Numbered from the whole stretch's first letter, positions 22,801-34,092 are shown. The stretch: DNA of 59,310 nucleotides, filler included, from Trypethelium eluteriae (GCA_051942245.1; 4 parts of 4 records of this genome joined end to end with filler, not necessarily neighbours in it), one strand, 5' to 3'. Notes: generated from the letters alone by a model not told the origin. Translations and numbers: made by a program.

Positions 22801-23610
22801 GAACGACGAGTCCCTGCGGAAGTGGAAGGAAAGTCTCGGGCTCGGCACAGGCGAAGACATCAGCGACTCGAGCGATCCACGCCGCGTCATCATCAAGAGC
22901 TTGGGACTCGAGGTTAGCATTTTCCCAGTCCCCTCCTCTCTCTTTCTGCTCCTTTGCCCCCCCCCAAACCCGTTCCTACACACTTCCCTTTCACAGACGA
23001 CTCTGGAAATTGATGTGAGCTAATGCATGCCGCCATGGCGGGTTTCTACTGCAGGTCGAAGGCCGCCCTGACATCATCATCGACCTCACGGGCCCCGGAG
23101 CCGTCGAGGCGCTCAAAGAGAAGCCCTTCACCATCAAAGAAGGCGCCAACTTTCGAATGAAGGCGACGTTCAAGGTGCAGCACCAGATCCTGTCCGGGCT
23201 GAAGTACGTGCAGAATGTCAAGCGGGGGGTCATCAGCAACAAGATGCAGGAGATGATCGGGTCGTACTCGCCCAATACGAAGGAGAAGCCGATCTATGAG
23301 AAGAAGTGTGAGTTTTGTCGGTTCCTTTTTTTTTCTTCTTCTTTGTGGGAGACTATGATGATTTCCACGGCCTCGTTGGCGGTTGCGACGAGGCGCGGCA
23401 TGGAATACCGAAGGCAGAGTTCTTGCTCGTGCTTTATGAAGTCTCGAATAAACATGGCTGATACCCCTGCTCTCTGTAGTTGAATCCGAAACGGCTCCTT
23501 CTGGTATGATCGGGCGCGGCCACTACAACGCTGTCAGTAGATTCATCGATGACGATAAGCACGTGCATCTCCAATTCGAGTGGAGCTTTGACGTTAAAAA
23601 GGACTGGTGA
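19856..23610 (+). CDS. RDI1: Rho GDP-dissociation inhibitor (198 aa)
   Basis: Exons 19856-19952, 22797-22912, 23055-23307, 23480-23610 give GFKVGEKKTIDEYQKL-DQNDESLRKWKESLGL...FTIKEG...LSGLKY...MIGSYSPN...APSGMIGRGHY...EWSFDVKKDW. Intron 1 is 2844 nt. Confidence 0.95.
20806..22770 (+). CDS. 654-aa S/P/basic, probably disordered ORF nested in Rho-GDI intron 1 (nested gene or alternative first exon)
   Basis: 1965-nt open frame with good ATG context (AAAATGG), wholly within intron 19953-22796; no recognised domain. Confidence 0.75.
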   Translation: MAPSTDDHAQDPMPGPSSSRRYRLPDLELGSADLKSPSAIASDNPEKDQANDSYVWHDAQEEMAGNSGDKLNRLALARRQTKLPLPSKEIPEHELARFRSARSSRCFHNAQEFDIMSKNFFDRQPRLNLRYKAPSENLRGSDAQSIQTFQTTPNAYFLPNAMSIPPHIDWITHARRSCGPVRSEPSLYEGLSASQGLDHLSDTALAQMSEFHKQVYHSLSKHIAEKQSGPTAGSNEYDPSHQSSANDNHLRKDSRWNEKPPSPYVQGGQPMQQPGQHSMLCEDRINDRTVSNLEDASFPFPEAPGDQSSSKAGKLPLSNTDSSEQAARQYSVGIEEATSSVNLAESPKARLIHNYRPTYSRSSNKSYDRNCFKAVAEESRESNTRSEVAEGSATDQPKLVPYGTATGYFAYDSRKPPRPTMHRGPDSSGSANSFNAKKFTSKGVYMRGALGVPSHLKQSKPKSEGKDSSAPDDGEQQRGTDNDQPPDPSETNASAVPAKSPKGKPKKPIGITIEEPRVKPSKSWRYSEAFTQMKKHEAGLRKLVAKLARKPSVDGKQSTDMGSKLTKTRSPYPDENVKSGRVPLLAKKLSSKVLRRKSSPDLQLHVHPAERVPPPPSANDGNAASDINNNSSIELIRIRSKDPQGRPCKPKSRA

Positions 23611-24139
23611 TGACGGGACAAAATTGGAGAAGCTGGAGTATTTGTGCTTGTGAAGGTGGCCGTAAGTTGCTATGCGTTGCGTTGAGATGTTGCTGGATGG
23701 CGTGATGGTTGACTCGTGTGAGACGGAGGTTGGCTATCGTTGAGCAGCGCTGATATCGTACAACTTAATACTGGTTCTTGTCTCAAACTCGTCAAGCTAT
23801 TTCACGACATGGACTTAAGGCTGCGATATTGATGGGTGTGATGAAAGCTCAATAATCACCCATGCAAGTACGCGTGAGGCTCCTTCGAAAGACTCAACTA
23901 TGATGAACTGGCAACCAAAATTGCTACTTTAATGTCGGGATTATGGAGTTAGCGGCGTGTGGAATAGCCAGTCAAATGTCCAACCACAGCAAATATTCTA
24001 TTAAGGCGGAAGAAATGTAGCTGATTGTATCATTGATTCCTTTATCGCATAACAAGTAGCACTAACATCATTGTGAAGACCTCATATCCCTCTGTGTAGT
24101 CAAGACCACTACCTAATACCAACCTCCTCCCATGGTCAG

Positions 24140-24802
24140 CTACTCAGCCTTCGTAGGCTCCCCTCCCTCCGTCTCGACCTCCTTCTTGATGGCGGCCTCG
24201 AGCACCTTCGGGTTGGCGCCGACGACCTCGGCCACCTTCTCGCCATTCCGGAACAGGATGAAGGTCGGCATGGCCCGGATGCCGAGCTCCTGCGCGACGT
24301 CGGGGACCTCGTCGACGTCGAGCTTGTAGAAGGCGGCGGTGGGGTAGGTGTCGGAGAACCTGAAGAACGACGCACCAGCGGTTAGCATTTTGAAATGTAT
24401 AATTGAAGTATATAGGGAAAGAGAGAGGGGGGAAGGGAGAGATTGAGAAGAAGCTTACTTGACAACTTGCGGCGCGATGATCTTGCAAGGCCCACACCAG
24501 GTTGCGAAGCAGTCGAGCACAATCAGCTTATCTTTCTGTGCAAGGACCTCGTCAAATTCGGTCTTTCTGTGTAAATGCGCAGGTCCGTTAGCCGGTGTTC
24601 TCCTCAAGATGGCGCTGCTGCTTCTTTGATGGTCGACATACTTGCTGAGATTGTGGACCCCCTCTTTACCCATGATGGCGTGGAACTGGCGAATCCCCTG
24701 ATAGATTGGTTTCTGAGTAGATAGTGTTGTGGAAGTTGAACCTCGCGCGGTGGTTCTTGTAGCTTGGAATAGACTTCGGCGTAGAACTTGAGGACTGAGC
24801 AT
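24140..24802 (-). CDS. TRX: Thioredoxin with optional mitochondrial presequence
   Basis: Exons 24802-24642, 24566-24459, 24359-24140; [11 protein letters not shown] active site, [16 protein letters not shown]. Second in-frame ATG at 24673. Confidence 0.95.
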
Positions 24803-26403
24803 GAAAGGGAGGCGGGTTAGCTGGAGGGACGGAGGCTTGATATAACACAAGGCAGGTAAAACAGAACGTTCAGGAATGGGATAGTGGAATTGAGGAGAGT
24901 GATAAATAGAGAAAGGTTGTGTAAGCAGAGGATGCGGGTATTTGAATTGAGTGGCAGGAATTGATTATTCAACCAGGACGGATGATGTGGTGATGTGGTG
25001 ATGTGTTGATGGGTGGGATGCCGCGATCAAGGGCAGCGAGAAATTCGCCATTCGCCCTCGGCCCTTGCTCGGCCGGCATTTGGTGGCGGGGCAAATGGCT
25101 GTGCTCAGCATCGAGAGAGAATTTAAGAGAGCTTGAATGACAAGGGGGAATTTGAATAAGGACACACCTTGTCTGACTTGGTCGTTAATCAATACTTGCG
25201 AGCAAGTTGGGCAAGGTCTAGATGTTTAAACATGTGAGCGCTCTCCAGCGTGGACCGGATTTGGAATCGCTTTTGTCAGCAGCAGGCTGGCTCACTATTT
25301 ACCTAATCCACTCGCCCTCTTGGGCCGCCGATGACGTTCATCGAAAACGACAAAGACGCGGGAAGAGCATTTGGCCTATAGGAATTGAGCTGGAGCAACA
25401 TTTGCTTCTTCCCTGAGACGGATTGTTATCTCTGCATGTCAGACTCCTTGCATGTGCTACAAGACTCAATCAAAGCCAAATTGCTTTTCGCTGCCTTTGC
25501 ATTCATACTGTCTGCTTGCTAAGAATGCTATCTGATCAATCTGCTGTCGAAACAGAACATTGTTCTAACAGGCACTTGTATTCCTCCATTGGGGTCTCGC
25601 CGACCAAACATTTCAAAAGATCAGAAAATCAAGTGTCAAGAGTAGCGACTGCAAGACCACCTCTATTGCGTGAAGTAGGTCATTTGGTATCATCCGTTCC
25701 GTGCATCCCATGTAGGATTATACATGTAAGCCGACAATCAATTCAGGCGCTCCCAAGAAATCGGCGAAAATAACAGCAACAAAATGTGGTATAGAGTAGT
25801 GTTACACTCCAGTGCGCCAAACAAACCAGTGAAAGCCTCGAAAACCGACCGTAACCGCCCGAGCGTCGTAGGGTAGATCTAGTAATTCAGTTTGTGCCAA
25901 CGTAAAGATACTAAGTGAGCCCGATTCAAATTATGGGATTGTCTTCGTAGAAATATGTGATGTGAGTCCAGATGCGGGGCTGCTTTGAGTCGTCGGGGGG
26001 AAAGTGAGAATTAAAACTGTAGAGGGCGCGCTACATCAACCTCCAGGAGGCAGAGACAACGCAGTATCCACTAGGCCAGGACCATTCAAGGAGCGTAAGA
26101 CCATGTAATAGATGCCAGACGAGCAAGTTCGCAACACAGAAGGAAAGAAATAAGAACAGCCAAACTAAGGAAATTGTAAAGAGTGACTTGATCACCGTGG
26201 CATATGGCAAGATCGTAGGTTCGTTTTGACAAAGGAAAGATAGATGAGCACGTAGATAAGGAAAATTCAAGGAGTGTGGTGTCTGGCTAAATGAAAGTCT
26301 TTTATGGTCTTTGCCCAATCATGGTCCAAGCCTCGTAGAGAAGTATTCATCCCGCTACTCTTGTATGGTCTTCGTAGCGCCCTCGATGAATAGACCGTAG
26401 CTC

Positions 26404-29193
26404 TTAGTTGTTCGATTCTCCAGGTGACTGACTCGAGATATTAACAAACGACTGACTCATTGGACTCGCTGGATTGGAACTCATTCCAGCGGAAGATGCT
26501 CTACTGTTCCTCTTCGAATCTCTTTTGGGCAATTCAAGTAGCCTCGCACTCCCTGCGCTCACCTGCCTGGAGTGATGCTTCAGATTAATGCTCTCGGCCC
26601 GTTTCATCTGCACAGGTTCATGTTCTTCTAGCGGAGAATCTGGTTCGTCGCCCTCAGATTCGGCAACTTGAGAATCTATTCTCTCAAGACCATTCGATGG
26701 AGAGTCGGTGGGCGTGGCATAATCCTCTTCGGCACTCTGCGCTTGATGGAATTGGTTTAAGAGGCCTTCAGAAGATTTGACACGCTGGGACCGCTCGATC
26801 ACAGTAGGCCTTCGTTCCGAACCTGCTCGAAGTAACGTCTGATCCAACCCACGCGGGTCGCGCGGGTCAACGTCAATAGCCTCCGCACCGCCAAGAGCCT
26901 GGCCATTTCCTTTGTTACCGAACTTCCGGTTCCTCGGTATCTGTCCATCATCATCTTCAGGTGCTGGTGTCAATCGCTTGAAGTACTCCTCTTCTGGCAT
27001 TCCGAGCTCTTCGTAGCTTCCACTGTAATCATCGCTTCGAGGTCGCTTCTCTGGGCTTTCCCCACTACTGAGTCGGTGCGAGCTCCGTGCCTGTTTCGAT
27101 GTCCGCCGAGATGGTTTTCCGGAGAGCCACGAGCCTTCACTGTCAACCGATGCGAGAGATTGCGACATCAGTGCGCTGGATGCACGTCCTGGAGTTGGGG
27201 AAACGGGAGAGTCGGTCCGTTGCGACAACATAGTATCCCCAGGGGATGCGCGTGAGGAGCCACCGGTGGGCTTTGCTTCAGCACCAGCAACGGCTTGCTT
27301 TTCGATGGGTCGAGGCATTGGTGGTAGAGCGGTCACCTCTGGAGACTGTCTTCGAGAATCAGGGGGCGACAGCGGCATCTCAGGCAGGTCTTCTCTGAAT
27401 TTGGATTGCGTACGGTGAGGTACGCCTGAACTTCGCCGTCGTTCCGAAGGCTGTTGTTGAAGGTGCGCCGGGATCTGTCCACGCATAGACTCTCGCGACG
27501 TATTCGAAAATGACACTTCGGACGGGTTTCCCTTGTTCTCCGACTCCCGTTTCCTCTGGCTACTTGTGCCACGACGGAAGAAGGAAGTCCACGTTCCTAC
27601 ACGGCGAGAGGGGCTGGAGCTGAGCTCTGTTGGCGCTCTCCGCTTGACTGCTTCGTTCGGGGGAGCAGCTACGTCTGGAGTACTTGTATGGCGAAGGTCT
27701 GTAACTTGGGAAAGACCTGATGGTGCACGAGTTTGCTCCGGTGATACTGGTGGAGTATGTTGTATACTCGCTTGCGACAAGCGTCCAACTGGCGCCGTCT
27801 CCAGCTTGGGTTCGTCAACTAGTGACTCTGGAGCTGCCTTCGCTTGTGCCTCCATCGAGGTGTACATTGGAGTATCGATGTGCTGCTCTGATTGAGCAGG
27901 GTGTGCGTTTCGACTTTCAGCAGTGGCTGCAAAGGGATTTTGCGGAACCGAGTCCTGGCCTATTGACTCAACCGTTGTTGCGGTCTGAGCGATTGGTTCC
28001 TGGTTCTCCTTTTCCCCTTTAGACTTCGGTTCGTCTTCCACGTCCTTGGTAAGCGGTTGCTCAAGACCTAAGCCAACAGGTTCTTTCCTTCCTTTCTTAT
28101 CCTCCAGTATATGTCCAGATCGTTGAGATCTTGCTGGTGACGAGTCACCTCGTTGTCTCCTCATCTCTTGGTAAGCTTGCTTATCTGCCCGCCTTTGTAA
28201 CCTTCTCCTAATCCTTTCTTCCTCCTGTGCCCTCTTCTTCTCTTGTCGCCTCTGATCCCGCTCCATTAACGCACGAAGTCCACCAGCATCAAGATCATCT
28301 GCCAAATCGTCGATGGTCCTGCTCTCCTTAAGCGTTTCCTTTGTAACAGTACGCTGCTTCTCTTTTTTGGAGTCGGACTGTTGGGAGGTTCCATAGATGG
28401 TGCTATGATGACTATGATGACTCCCAGGCAACACTTGAGGGCTGCTGGAATAGCGCAGGCGAGGTCGAGGAGAGAATGCGTCAAATCCATGAATCATAAA
28501 GGTCCGCTGTTCCGAGATGCCAGACATTGATGAATGGATTGAGTCTTCCAATGGTAATGAGACGTTTGAGTCTGGTCGTTCGCCTTGTCGACTAGAGTTA
28601 TTCCTGAATTTTTTGCTTTCCCTTCTCAAGATTCCATTGTCTTGACCAGCCGGTCTTTTGGGGATGGGAATAGGCTTGCTCAAATTTCTGATTTCTTCCT
28701 CGCGGATAGGATCCGACCTTCTTTTCTTGCTAGACTTACGTCGCTGGACATTAGCCTCACTCTTGGACATGAGCTTGGTAGGACGTTGGAGTTTGCCTCT
28801 TTTTTCATTAGGCGGTGTCTCGGATCCTGAACCACTTTGATGAGAATTGGTCGGTATTTCTGAGCGATCGAGGTTCACTGGTCTTAGGTGTGGACTCGCA
28901 CCAATTCCTCGATCAGCGGGTAGCGCAGTGATGTTTTCGATACTTCCTCTGTGTGGCAAAGGGTCTGTCGGGTATCTCTTAGTATTTTTTTGCGATGCAC
29001 TATCTTTAGTGGATGTTCGTCGAGATCGTTGACTCTGCCGACTGCTAATATTCTGAGGATCCGCTGCCTGGAGTGGCCCAGGCCTTACGTCAAAGGAGGA
29101 TTGTTCCGGCTTCTTCCCTTCTGCGACAGGCTGTGGCCCCGCCTGCTTCACTTTGCTACGCCGGCCCCGGCGCCCGAAGGGCCACATGGGCAT
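26404..29193 (-). CDS. 929-aa low-complexity fungal protein of unknown function, intronless
   Basis: Long uninterrupted ORF, S/P/R-rich, with a charged coiled-coil-like segment (LRALMERDQRRQEKKRAQEEERIRRRLQRR) and motif-like blocks such as SQSLASVDSEGSWLSG. Confidence 0.85.
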   Translation of the reverse strand: MPMWPFGRRGRRSKVKQAGPQPVAEGKKPEQSSFDVRPGPLQAADPQNISSRQSQRSRRTSTKDSASQKNTKRYPTDPLPHRGSIENITALPADRGIGASPHLRPVNLDRSEIPTNSHQSGSGSETPPNEKRGKLQRPTKLMSKSEANVQRRKSSKKRRSDPIREEEIRNLSKPIPIPKRPAGQDNGILRRESKKFRNNSSRQGERPDSNVSLPLEDSIHSSMSGISEQRTFMIHGFDAFSPRPRLRYSSSPQVLPGSHHSHHSTIYGTSQQSDSKKEKQRTVTKETLKESRTIDDLADDLDAGGLRALMERDQRRQEKKRAQEEERIRRRLQRRADKQAYQEMRRQRGDSSPARSQRSGHILEDKKGRKEPVGLGLEQPLTKDVEDEPKSKGEKENQEPIAQTATTVESIGQDSVPQNPFAATAESRNAHPAQSEQHIDTPMYTSMEAQAKAAPESLVDEPKLETAPVGRLSQASIQHTPPVSPEQTRAPSGLSQVTDLRHTSTPDVAAPPNEAVKRRAPTELSSSPSRRVGTWTSFFRRGTSSQRKRESENKGNPSEVSFSNTSRESMRGQIPAHLQQQPSERRRSSGVPHRTQSKFREDLPEMPLSPPDSRRQSPEVTALPPMPRPIEKQAVAGAEAKPTGGSSRASPGDTMLSQRTDSPVSPTPGRASSALMSQSLASVDSEGSWLSGKPSRRTSKQARSSHRLSSGESPEKRPRSDDYSGSYEELGMPEEEYFKRLTPAPEDDDGQIPRNRKFGNKGNGQALGGAEAIDVDPRDPRGLDQTLLRAGSERRPTVIERSQRVKSSEGLLNQFHQAQSAEEDYATPTDSPSNGLERIDSQVAESEGDEPDSPLEEHEPVQMKRAESINLKHHSRQVSAGSARLLELPKRDSKRNSRASSAGMSSNPASPMSQSFVNISSQSPGESNN

Positions 29194-29631
29194 CGTGGAT
29201 GTGGATGATAGTTAGTCTGGGGGGCGCTCCTGGGGGCCCACGGCCAACTTTGGGTCCTGCATAGATCGCACAATGATGGAGACTATTTCATATGGCAGAA
29301 TTGATGCTCATATCGAATAGTGTCGGAGATTTGTTTCGTCGCGCAGCCACAGGGTGGGCTAATTATGGCGATTTATCGATTTCGCGTTCGATGGCCTTTG
29401 CTCCAACCAGGAAGCGAGTGACAGCGGGCCGGTTATTTAGACTGAAACGGAACGGCCTGTGCTGAGCGTGGGCAATAGTAAGCGCAATGGAGACGAGAGA
29501 AGCAAGAGCGAGCGCTGGCCCAACACACCAGCCAAGTGTGCAATGTAGAGAGTGACGAACCGGACAACGAGCACTGAGAATGCCAATGGTGATGCAAGGG
29601 CAAACGGCGAGGATGAAGTATGTAAGGAGAC

Positions 29632-29731
29632 NNNNNNNNNNNNNNNNNNNNNNNNNNNNNNNNNNNNNNNNNNNNTTAATTAATTAANNNNNNNNNNNNN
29701 NNNNNNNNNNNNNNNNNNNNNNNNNNNNNNN
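29632..29731. other. Artificial contig spacer
   Basis: 44 N + TTAATTAATTAA (29676-29687) + 44 N. Confidence 0.97.
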
Positions 29732-30274
29732 CCCCCTTTGGGAGGAGCGCCCCCGCAAAACATCCACCACAAATCGGGAAGGAAAGCTCGAGCGCCACAA
29801 AATGCTGTGCTCAGCATGGACGACTACTTCAAGGAAGGGGAAGCAAAGAGCAAAGAGTTGGACGGACCTTCAACCTCGAGGGCAAGCGACGGTGCGGTCC
29901 CTCCTCCCCCAAAAGCTGGGGGCGGCAATAACGCATCCCGAACCTCGCCCCAACCAACTCCAGATGAGGCCTAAAAAATGAACTGAGGGTCTCCCCAGTA
30001 CTTTCCAGCGTTATGAGGTCGGAACTCATGTGCGCAACGCATGATTGGCTCTCCACGCGGTTTACATCACCTATGGTAGTGACTATCACTCGATAGCAAC
30101 TGCCTTGATATCTACGTACAAGTGCATTGGCTCAGCTTGATATTTACTATTCTTGCCGATGCGCTCCGTAGACGGTCGTCCTGCCAAGACCATACTTCTT
30201 CAAAATCAAGCTTTACAGCTATTATTAATCTTACACTTACGCACTCATTCGTTCAAGTGCTGATACTTGGGACT

Positions 30275-31788
30275 ATGCGCTGGATCCTTCCTATCATTTT
30301 CTGCTGCTTTGCAGCCGCGGCACCCCTCATTTCCCGACAGACTATCGAGCAACAAGCTTTGAGGGTCTTCACTGGACCTTTAGTCGCTCTCGCGCACTTC
30401 GTCATGCGCAGAATCATCCTCAGACGCGAATTCAGGAAAGACCACCATCCGCGTGCGAGGGCGCTTAATCTGCCAAGCTATGGCAACTGGACCAATGAAG
30501 GATGGAATCTGCATATCCATGGTAACATATTTGCACAGCCAGAGGGCATGGATAGTAAAAAAGTCGATACTTGGGCCAATCGCATCATGTTGTTTGGTGC
30601 TAATATTCGCAAAATGCCAGCAGAAGAGCAGGAATTAGCACAAAATATGACCAAAGAGTTCCTCACCGTTCCTATGGCAAACCATTCCGTCTTTGGCATG
30701 GACGTGACAGGACCTGGCCCAGCGGGCGAGCGGCGAATGTATCCAATGCCTCCAACGATCAACACTGGTGATTTCGATGGCTGGCTTCCCTTGGAGGATA
30801 TGAGCCAGCTTCAGCGCGGTGATGACCCTTCAGCATCGGTTCAGAAAGTGTCAATAGGAGTCCACAAGGTAACGGACGCCAATTCAACTGGATTTCTGGT
30901 TCCACGGCATGGCCTCACGGTCGTCAGCGATGTTGACGATATTCTGCGAGTAGCACAAATCTGGAGATGGAGGCATCTTCTGGTGGATGCGATATCGAAG
31001 GAATTCGTGCCCTGGATGGACATGCCGGGTAAATTCTCTTTTCTCCCATATCCGTCGACTTTGATGAGGTCCCTAACGTGTCGCAGAAATTTTCAAGAAT
31101 ATGGAAGTCAGCATACCGGACGTTCACTTTCACTACTTGACCATTCCTCCGGAGTTCCTCACTCGCAAGTACCTAGGTTTTCTCAGAGCGCACTATCCTG
31201 TCGGCAGTCTTGATACTTACCCAATGGATTTGGGCAATCCGAGGTCCCTCTTCCATCCAAGGCGCTTTCTTCTGGACCGTTTCTTCGAGACGTTCCCGAA
31301 CAGGAAAGTCATACTCGTTGGTGACAATTCTAATACGTTCGTCAATGAAGCACTTCAAATCCCTGGAATATGAGCTGATGTAATGCAGGGATCTGATGAG
31401 ACACTATCCTGCCATACTAAAAAAACATAGCGATCAAGTCCAATGTATCCTTATGCGCAACACCTTGCTCACTGAACGTACGGATTGGTTCAAGCACTCG
31501 CCCAGACACTTCAGAGATTTGCCCAAGCATAAAATTATGTGGTTCAAGACTCCCTCGGACCTCAAAAACATTGATTTTGCCAACGGTGGCTGCGTTAATC
31601 CAAAGATCACAGATGCCAAACCCGACGAGTCCGGCAGCTTTGTGTCTCAAGGCATCAAGGTTCTCGTCTGGGAATTGTTGTGTCGGTATACGCGTGCAGA
31701 GTTTTTCGGCTGTCCCGTGGAGCACAAGGGCAACAGCGCAGGATCATCGGTGAACATCACGCTTGCAAATGTATCGATAGTCCATTAA
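30275..31788 (+). CDS. App1-like (DUF2183) phosphatidate-phosphatase-family protein with signal peptide
   Basis: Exons 30275-31028, 31087-31336, 31389-31788. GLTVVSDVDDILR, FHYLT, FPNRKVILVGDNSNTD, VQCILMRN; N-terminus MRWILPIIFCCFAAAAP. Confidence 0.85.
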
Positions 31789-31961
31789 GAAGGAGTCGGA
31801 TGGTATGGGTCAGATTGGAACGATGTGGCTACACTGGCTCTAGCCTCATAATGACATGTCTGCGAACGTCCTCGGGTAGAGCTTGGAGTTATGGCGTTGG
31901 GTTTCTTCTGCTATCTTTTTTTGGGCCGTCGCATTACTAGCTAGCTACCCACTAACTACCT

Positions 31962-34020
31962 ATGCACCTACGCAGTACTCAGCAACTTGATTTGTGCTTG
32001 AGCGTCGCCGTGGATACAGAAAGCCTATCTCGTGTGCAAAGAATTCTCATTTCGTTGCAGCGTGCCACTGAACAAGAGCACATTGACATCATCGGACGTT
32101 TTGACGAGGCCGTGTCGCCATTATCCAGCAAAGGAGCAACTCGGGAAAGATTCTTTGCCTTTGCACAATTCGACTTGGCGTCAGAGAAGATGCTGGGTAC
32201 AGGGTACGACGCAGACGAATCTTCAAACAACGCAATGGATCTCAAGGCTATTTAACAGGTATCAGTGCATTGCTGGAAGCTGGCGCTGATTGATGTGATA
32301 TTAAAGGGTGCCTCAGACGTCCCCTTTGCCAGGGAGCCAAGCGTATGGTCTGCGGCAACTTCTGCACAGCCCAAAATTCCACGCTGATTTTTTGTAGTGG
32401 ATCTCTAGAAGAAGCAGATTCAACCAACAAGAGTTAGATGGATGCCTGCTGTCCCTGATGAAGGACTTCCGCTCGGATATCGACGATCTCACACTAACGA
32501 TGAGACTAGTGATACGGCTTAGCAAGCACGGCTTGTTGGAATTGCTTATTGAAAGTATCATCCATTCCGAAGAAGACTCTGGGAGCGTGAAAGAGGATTT
32601 GCTCAAGGATTTTGCGCAAGAAGCAGCACAATGCAAAGACGTTCATGCAATGCGATTGCTCTCGGTAGCTGTCGCAGACCCTTGTGGCCCCATTACTGCC
32701 GAATTGGGCCGATTTGACTCCCTCTGTTGCATCTTGGAGCGCAGCTTCAAGACTCAGAAATAATCTTCTATTCCTTATCAAACTCCCTTAGCCCTAATGT
32801 ACACGAAGAATTCGGACGGACGCCTCCTTGCGTTGTCTTTTAAACTACGCACAGCGAGGATGATAAGAGTGCGCTTCAACTTCTTGCATGTTGTGCGAAT
32901 GTTTCAGCAACTGCTAACCAAAGGGGGATCCCTCTAAATACCGCCTGCCATTATGATAAGGTCGAACCTATTCGCGCTCTCCCAGCTACCGATACTCAGA
33001 TCACTACACTCGATCATGGACTTGGGATTGCCCTTTACCACTGCGCGTTCTATTTCCCGCACAGTGATCCTTTCCCTCAAACCTACTCATTCTTCTCGAT
33101 GAAGGTGCTGAAGCATCCGCAATCAATGAAGATGGGCACTTCCTCATCTAGCTCGCCTTGATTACGGTTGTCAGGACGGGAGCATCTAACTACGTGTCAG
33201 CCGCCCTTGCTCAACAGGTCGGTCTCATCTCAGTTAGAGTTCTTCCTTCAGATCGCATTCCGTTACTTTTCACAGCAGAAGCGAACTGTGAATTGCACAT
33301 TCCTGAGATCTTGCGCTCGGGAGGCGCTGATTTCAAGGCTGAAGATTCGCAAGGGAAGACTCCGCACGAGAGTGTGAGAGCGACTATATTTCGCATGTTC
33401 ATTGATCGAGGCGCGAGATGGAGAAGATGAGCAGTGATCGTCGAGGGCTGCAGGTGGAATACGAGCTCCGGCTACGATGGAAAACCTTCCCAACTCTCCA
33501 AATCCCTGGTGAAGACTGCATTTGCTGCACATCTATCAGGTAATATAGAAGACCCACACGGGTGTCTGACACTGCTTACGACATACTTTTGAATACCGTT
33601 GTCATCCGCACCAGTCCTAATTTCATGAAATGCCTCGCCTTGTGTTGCAACGGTCTCCAAGCCCTTATAGAGATCTAGAGACCTGTTACAACCGCCTTTC
33701 CTTACGGCAAGCTTGACCGAAAGGGCTCCACAGCTGGTATAATGACTCGATCGCTGCGTGGGAGTCTCCACTAATGTAAGTGTTTTATACTTTTCTCTTC
33801 TGCTCTCAGCTACATCGATTCTTTACCCGTGAACAATCAATCATGTTGACTGAGCGGAAAACTAACCTTTCCAGAATTTTTCCAGAATTGCCTCTCGAGA
33901 AACATTAAGCTTTCTATGGGATTCAACACTAGTGATCGGATGGGCTTTTTTGCAAAAGGCAGGGTTGCTCAGAGCTCGTTGGTTGACCAAAGAGGATGGA
34001 TGCCGAAACGCCTCGCTTCA
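31962..34020 (+). pseudogene. Heavily decayed ankyrin-repeat gene remnant
   Basis: Ankyrin fragments in changing frames with stops: LLEAGAD* (~32270), PNVHEEFGRTP (~32795), ANVSATANQRGIPL (~32900), LLDEGAEASAINEDG (~33095), GADFKAEDSQGKTPH (~33320), FIDRGA, DQRGWMP (~33990). Boundaries approximate. Confidence 0.7.
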
Positions 34021-34092
34021 CAATCAAAGTCGCAGCTCTTGAACGCCAGTCTTGCCACAAAGTTGGCCGAGTTACCAAAGATGTCCTTGCAC

